NCBI GenBank assembly: GCA_963762145.1
Contig: CAVXJS010000021.1
Span: 576,001 to 640,000, forward strand
Direction: 5' to 3'
Source of the DNA: an uncultured Candidatus Rokubacteria bacterium
Lineage (GTDB): Bacteria; Methylomirabilota; Methylomirabilia; Rokubacteriales; CSP1-6
Length of the DNA: 64,000 nucleotides
Shown here: piece after piece, positions 59,569 to 64,000 of the stretch
Numbering within the stretch: the stretch's first letter is position 1
Layout of the letters: the number at the start of each line of letters is the position of its first letter
Made by a program: the position numbers and the translations under genes
The notes under the pieces: generated by a model
Databases searched by the model: none
What the model saw: only the letters and a program-made list of their open reading frames with translations
What the model was told of the DNA's origin: nothing

Positions 59569-60190
59569 CGCGCTCGGCCCCGGCGCCACGCCGAGCGCCG
59601 CGAGCTGGGCGCGCAGGTCGTGGCCCTGGTCCACGCGGTGCAGCACCGCCTGCATGCCGACCGCGCGCGCCGCGTCCACGTTCTTGTCCCAGTCGTCCAC
59701 GAAGACGCACGCCTCGGGTGGCAGGCCCAGGCGATCGGCGGCGAGGCGGAAGATCTCCGGCCGGGGCTTCGCCATGCCGACCTCGGCGGAGACCACGATG
59801 TCGTCGAAGAGGGGTCCAGAGCCAGCTCGCCCTTCAGCCGGCCACGCAGCGAGATATCCGCGTTGCTCAGCACCGAGCAGCGATACCGCGAGCGGAGGGG
59901 CCGGGCCAGTTTGATATTGGCGGCGATCATGGGCTGGGCGCGGCGCCACTCGTCGTGCAGGCGCGGCAGCGGCGCGGCCGGCCCGGCGCTCGAGCTCGCG
60001 GTGGGCGTTCTCCGTCCAGGCCGCGGGATCACCCACACCGCACTCGATATCGTTCCAGGCCGGGCAGCCGTAGAGCGTCTCGAACACCGAGGACTTGGGC
60101 AGGCTGTGGGCGCGATCCAGCTCCCGCGCCACGTCCCAGCGCATGTCCACAGGACGCCGCCGAAGTCGAAGATGACGGCGCGAAGGCTAG
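59569..60190 (-). CDS. HAD-family phosphatase, several frameshifts; boundaries approximate
   Basis: RAVIFDFGGVL, VLSNA, FDDIVVSAEVGMAKPRPEIF, CVFVDD. Confidence 0.8.
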
Positions 60191-60449
60191 TAGCGGGGGC
60201 CACGCGGACCCGGGCGGGCTTGGGGAGCTCGAGGGCCGCGCGATCAGTCGTGAGTGGCACCCAGCCGCGCTGCTTCATGCACTGCTCGTCCAGCTCCTGC
60301 CCTTGCGTGCACTCGTCCCGGTCGCGCGTGAACTCGGTCACCGTGTAGTTCCCGCCGGGCTTGTACCACTGGCGGTCGCGCTCGGAGCTGCAGCCGGCGG
60401 GAACGAGCGACGCGATGACGAGGAGCAGCAGGCAAAACCGTCCGTTCAT
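60188..60449 (-). CDS. Small lipoprotein; 3' end uncertain
   Basis: Lipobox PAGC; WYKPG, F.RDRDEC, CMKQRGW. Confidence 0.7.
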
Positions 60450-60477
60450 GTCGGGCATGGTACCATGCCGCCCACCG

Positions 60478-61499
60478 ATGCTGGACACCACCATCGCGGG
60501 AAGTCTCCCGAAACCGGAGTGGCTGGCCCCGCCCAACACGCTGTGGGCGCCCTGGCGGCTCGACGGCCGAGCGCTCGAGGAGGGCAAGCGCGACGCGGTG
60601 CTCCTGGCCCTGCGCGAGCAGGAGCAGGCGGGCATCGACATCGTGACCGACGGCGAGCAGACCCGCCGCCACTTCGTGTGGGGCTTCGTCGAGGCCCTCG
60701 ACGGCATCGACTTCTCGAAGATGATCACGATCGGCATCCGCGCCGATCGCTACAAGGCCACCGTGCCGACGGTGACGGGGCCGGTACGGCGCCGCGGCCC
60801 GATCCACGGTGAGGACGTGCGGTGGGCGCGGGCCAATACCGGCCGCCGGCTCAAGCTGACGATCCCGGGGCCGATGACGATCGTGGACACCATCCACGAC
60901 GCGCACTACGGCAGCCGCGAGCGCCTCGCGATGGACCTGGCCCGGCTATCAACGAGGAGGCGCGCGAGCTGGAGGCGCTCGGGCTCGACATGCTCCAGCT
61001 CGACGAGCCCGCCTTCAACGTCTACATGGACGAGGTCCGCGACTGGGGCGTGGCCGCGCTCGACCGCGCGGTGGAGGGCCTGCGCTGTCGCACCGCGGTG
61101 CACATCTGCTACGGCTACGGCATCAAGGCCAACACCGACTGGAAGCAGACGCTGGGCGGCGAGTGGCGCCAGTACGAGCGGACCTTCCCGGTGCTCGCGC
61201 GGAGCCGCATCGGCGGCGTGTCGCTCGAGTGCGCCGGCTCGCGGGTGCCGATCGCGCTCATCGGCCTGCTCGGCGACAAGGACGTGCTGGTGGGGGCGGT
61301 GGACGTGGCCACCGACCGGGTCGAGACGCCCGAGGAGGTGGCCGCGGTGATCCGCGCCGCGATGGCCCACGTGCCCGCCGAGCGCATCTTCCCCTGCACC
61401 AACTGCGGGATGGTGCCGCTCTCCCGGGGCGTGGCGCAGGCCAAGCTGCGGGCGCTCGGAGCGGGCGCGGCCCTGGTGCGCCGGGAGCTCGGCCGGTGA
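60478..61499 (+). CDS. Cobalamin-independent methionine synthase, single catalytic-domain type, frameshift near 60945
   Basis: GSLPKP, DIVTDGEQ, PGPMT, QLDEP, VHICYG, LECA, CTNCG. Confidence 0.9.
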
Positions 61500-61591
61500 C
61501 GCGGAAGATCCGCGTCGGCTGATCAGCCCTTCGAGATCGGCGCCATGTCATGTCCTCCTTGGCCCCAGCGTCACGGGGGGAGGACGGACAA

Positions 61592-63098
61592 TTAACTCCG
61601 AGGTGAGCGCGCCGCCTCGATCGCGGCGGCGAGCCGCTCCATGCCGCGGCGCGCCGCCTCGGGGCGCACCGCGGCGAAGCCCAGCACCAGCGCGTTGACG
61701 CGCGGGCCGCGGCGCGCGAAGTAGGCGGACAGCGGCGTCGCCTCCACGCCCCGGGCGGCCGCCTCCCGCGAGACGCGCGCCGCGTCGGCGCCCTCGAGAT
61801 CGGCGATCGCGTGCAGGCCGGTGCGGGTCGGCCGCAGCCGGAGCGCGCCGCCGCAGTACCGCGGCCGCCGCGGCGGTGAGCGCCTCGAGGCGCTCGCGGT
61901 AGGCCGACGCGCATGCGCCGCAGGTGGCGCGCGAAGTGGCCCTCGCCGATGAAGTCGGCCAGCACCGCCTGGTCGAGCACCGGCGGATGCTGGTCGGCGG
62001 CGGCGCGGGCCGCCACCAGCCCGTCCTGCAGGTCGGGCGGCACGATCAGGAAGCCCAGGCGCAGCGCGGGGAACAGCGTCTTGCTGAAGCTGCCGACGTA
62101 GATCACGCGGCCGTCGACGTCGAGCCCGTGCAGGCAGGGGACCGGCCGGGCGCCGTAGCGGAACTCGCTGTCGTAGTCGTCCTCGATCACCCATGCGCCC
62201 GCGCGGCTCGCCCAGCGCAGCAGGGCCAGCCGCCGCGGCAGGCTCATGGGCACGCCCAGCGGGATACTGGTGCGACGGCGTCACGTAGGCCAGCCGCGCA
62301 TCGCCCGCCCCGCGGGCGCCCGTCTCGACGGCGAGGCCCTCGGCGTCCACCGGGACCGGGACGATCCGCGCGCCCGCGCCGAGCAGCGCGCTGCGCGCGC
62401 CCGGGATAGCCCGGCTCCTCCATCCAGACGCGATCGCCCGGATCGAGCAGCACGCGGCTGATCAGCTCGAGGCCCTGCTGCGCGCCGGCCACGATCAGGA
62501 CCTGATCGGCGCTGACAGCGGGTGCCCGCGCGCGGCCTGCACGTGGTCGGCGATGGCCTCGCGCAGCGCGCGAAGGCCGGCCGGCGTCGCCGTAGTCGAG
62601 CTGGGCCGGCGTGATCGACGCGCAGCCGCCGGCTCGCGAGCCGCGACCAGAGCGCGCACCGGGAAGAGATCGACCGCGGGGGTGCCGATGCGGAAGGCGC
62701 GCGGCGGGCCCGCGAGCCGGTGGGCGCCCTGGGGCGCCGCCACCAGCGCGGCCCCGCGGCGCGAGAGGGGCGGATGCTTCGGCGGCGCGGCGCGGCCGGG
62801 CCGTCGCGCCGGCGCAGGCAGATCGTCCGGCAGCTCGTCGGCCACGAAGGTGCCGGAGCCGCGGCGCGCCGGTGAGGTAGCCCTCCGCCTGGAGCTGCTG
62901 GACCGCGAGCAGCGTGGTGGTGCGGGACACGCCGAGGTCGTCGGCCAGGGCGCGGGACGAGGGCAGGCGCGTGCCGGGCCCCAGGACGCCGTCCAGGATC
63001 GCCCGCTGGATGCTCGCGTAGATCTGCCGCTGGAGCCCGCCGCGCTGGCGCGGATCGAGGCGGATCAGGAGGCTCGTCGGGCGCTTCGAAGTGGCCAT
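61592..63098 (-). CDS. MocR/GabR-type GntR regulator with PLP aminotransferase domain, multiple frameshifts
   Basis: PGTRLPSSRALA..LGVSR, GAQQ, EEPGY, YVTPSHQYP, IEDDYDSEFRY, GSFSKTLFPALRLG. Confidence 0.9.
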
Positions 63099-63208
63099 AC
63101 CGTGCGCGCCCCCCGCAGGCTCGCCCGATGATACCAGCAAGTGGCTACATGCCTTCTCGCCGGAACTGGCTCTTCGCGTTCGCCGGCGCGCGCCGGACAC
63201 TCGTGGCC

Positions 63209-63903
63209 ATGACAACCGGTGCTGCGCGGTCGTCGAGCTAGACAGTACACGCTGCATCCCGGGCCGCGGGACACGCTGGTCCGGACTCTTCGACGAGCAC
63301 TTCGTCGAGGGTCAGGAGCGGTGCGGCATGCGCGTCATCGGGCAGTTCCGCGACCTCGACGATCCGGACCGCTTCGTCTGGCTCCGTGGCTTCGCGGACA
63401 TGGAGGCGCGGACGCGGGCGCTCGAGGCCTTCTACGGCGGCCCGGTCTGGAAGGAGCACGGGCCCGCCGCCAACGCCACCATGGTGGACCACACCGACGT
63501 GCTGCTGCTCCGGCCGGCCGGCGAGTCGGACGGGTTTCGCTTCGATCCGCGTCTGCGGCCGGAGCCGGAGAGCCCGGCCGTCGCGGGCGGCGTGGTGATC
63601 GCCACGATCGACCACCTGAGCGGCCCGCCGTCGCCCGACGTCGTCGCGGCCTCGGGCGACGCGCGCGCGCTGGCCCGGCTCGTCACCGAGCGGGCGCCGA
63701 ATCCGTTCCCCCGGCTGCCGGTGCGCGAGGACGCGAACGTCCTCGTGACCGTCTTCTCGTTCGCCGCGGCCGACGCCTATCATCCCGCTCCGGTCCCCGC
63801 CCCCGGCGTCGACCGCCGCGAGCTCCTGCGCCTGCAGCCCACCCGCCGCTCCTACCTCCGCCACACCCTCCGCCCTCTCACCGAAGAGGAGAAGGCAGGG
63901 TGA
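63209..63903 (+). CDS. NIPSNAP family protein, N-terminal frameshifts
   Basis: VVEL.QYTLHPG, FVEGQE, GQFRDLDDPDRFVWLRGF, FYGGPVWK, ANATMVD..DVLLL. Confidence 0.85.
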
Positions 63904-63905
63904 GG
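63873..63905. repeat. Degenerate REP-like palindrome supplying the NIPSNAP stop and the next RBS
   Basis: ccctctcaccgaagaggagaaggcagggtgagg resembles 8725-8759. Confidence 0.5.
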
Positions 63906-63913
63906 AGAGCGAC

Positions 63914-64000
63914 ATGACGCCCACGCCCGATCGCGACGGCTCGCACGACTTCGACTTCCAGACCGGCCGCTGGCGCATCCGCAACGAGCGGCTGAAGACG
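63914..64000 (+). CDS. Hypothetical protein (DUF1579-like), partial at window edge
   Basis: GAGGAG RBS; MTPTPDRDGSHDFDFQTGRWRIRNERLK. Confidence 0.65.
   Translation, partial: MTPTPDRDGSHDFDFQTGRWRIRNERLKT

Noticed and set aside
58606-60449. Apparent lipoprotein-HAD-LLM fusions
   Set aside because: Region has several indels; the three parts are normally separate proteins

Overview
A very GC-rich bacterial window. Gene content (several orphan PF04392-type substrate-binding proteins, LLM/F420 enzymes, hydantoinase pair) resembles Ca. Rokubacteria/Methylomirabilota; this taxonomy is inference only. Scattered single-base frameshifts suggest an unpolished long-read assembly. Layout: (1) 1-1.5 kb is the end of a less GC-rich accessory patch with a trypsin-like protease. 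(2) 1.5-23.7 kb is housekeeping and catabolic genes: thermonuclease, dusB, D-TA family enzyme, lemA-TPM-TPM, IDH family, purC, hydantoinase A/B, CHAD-(sixA)-ppx and an acyl-CoA cluster. (3) 23.7-56.2 kb is an almost unbroken run of minus-strand genes whose right part is an integron cassette array. It has an attI-like core at 56215-56221 and canonical attC sites at 55829-55889, 55311-55380, 54756-54830 and 46868-46925, with degenerate or half attC sites and gene scraps in between and further left. The integron integrase survives only as a ~155-bp relic (N-terminal [15 protein letters not shown] joined to C-terminal [19 protein letters not shown]). It is co-oriented with the cassettes, the 'reverse' integron layout. 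(4) 56.6-64 kb returns to core-like genes. Features missed by the ORF track include a DsrE-family selenoprotein candidate (in-frame UGA in U-G-A-C plus a SECIS-like hairpin), an internally deleted sixA minigene, REP-like palindromes recruited into coding sequences, and an 84-bp perfect inverted-repeat element.
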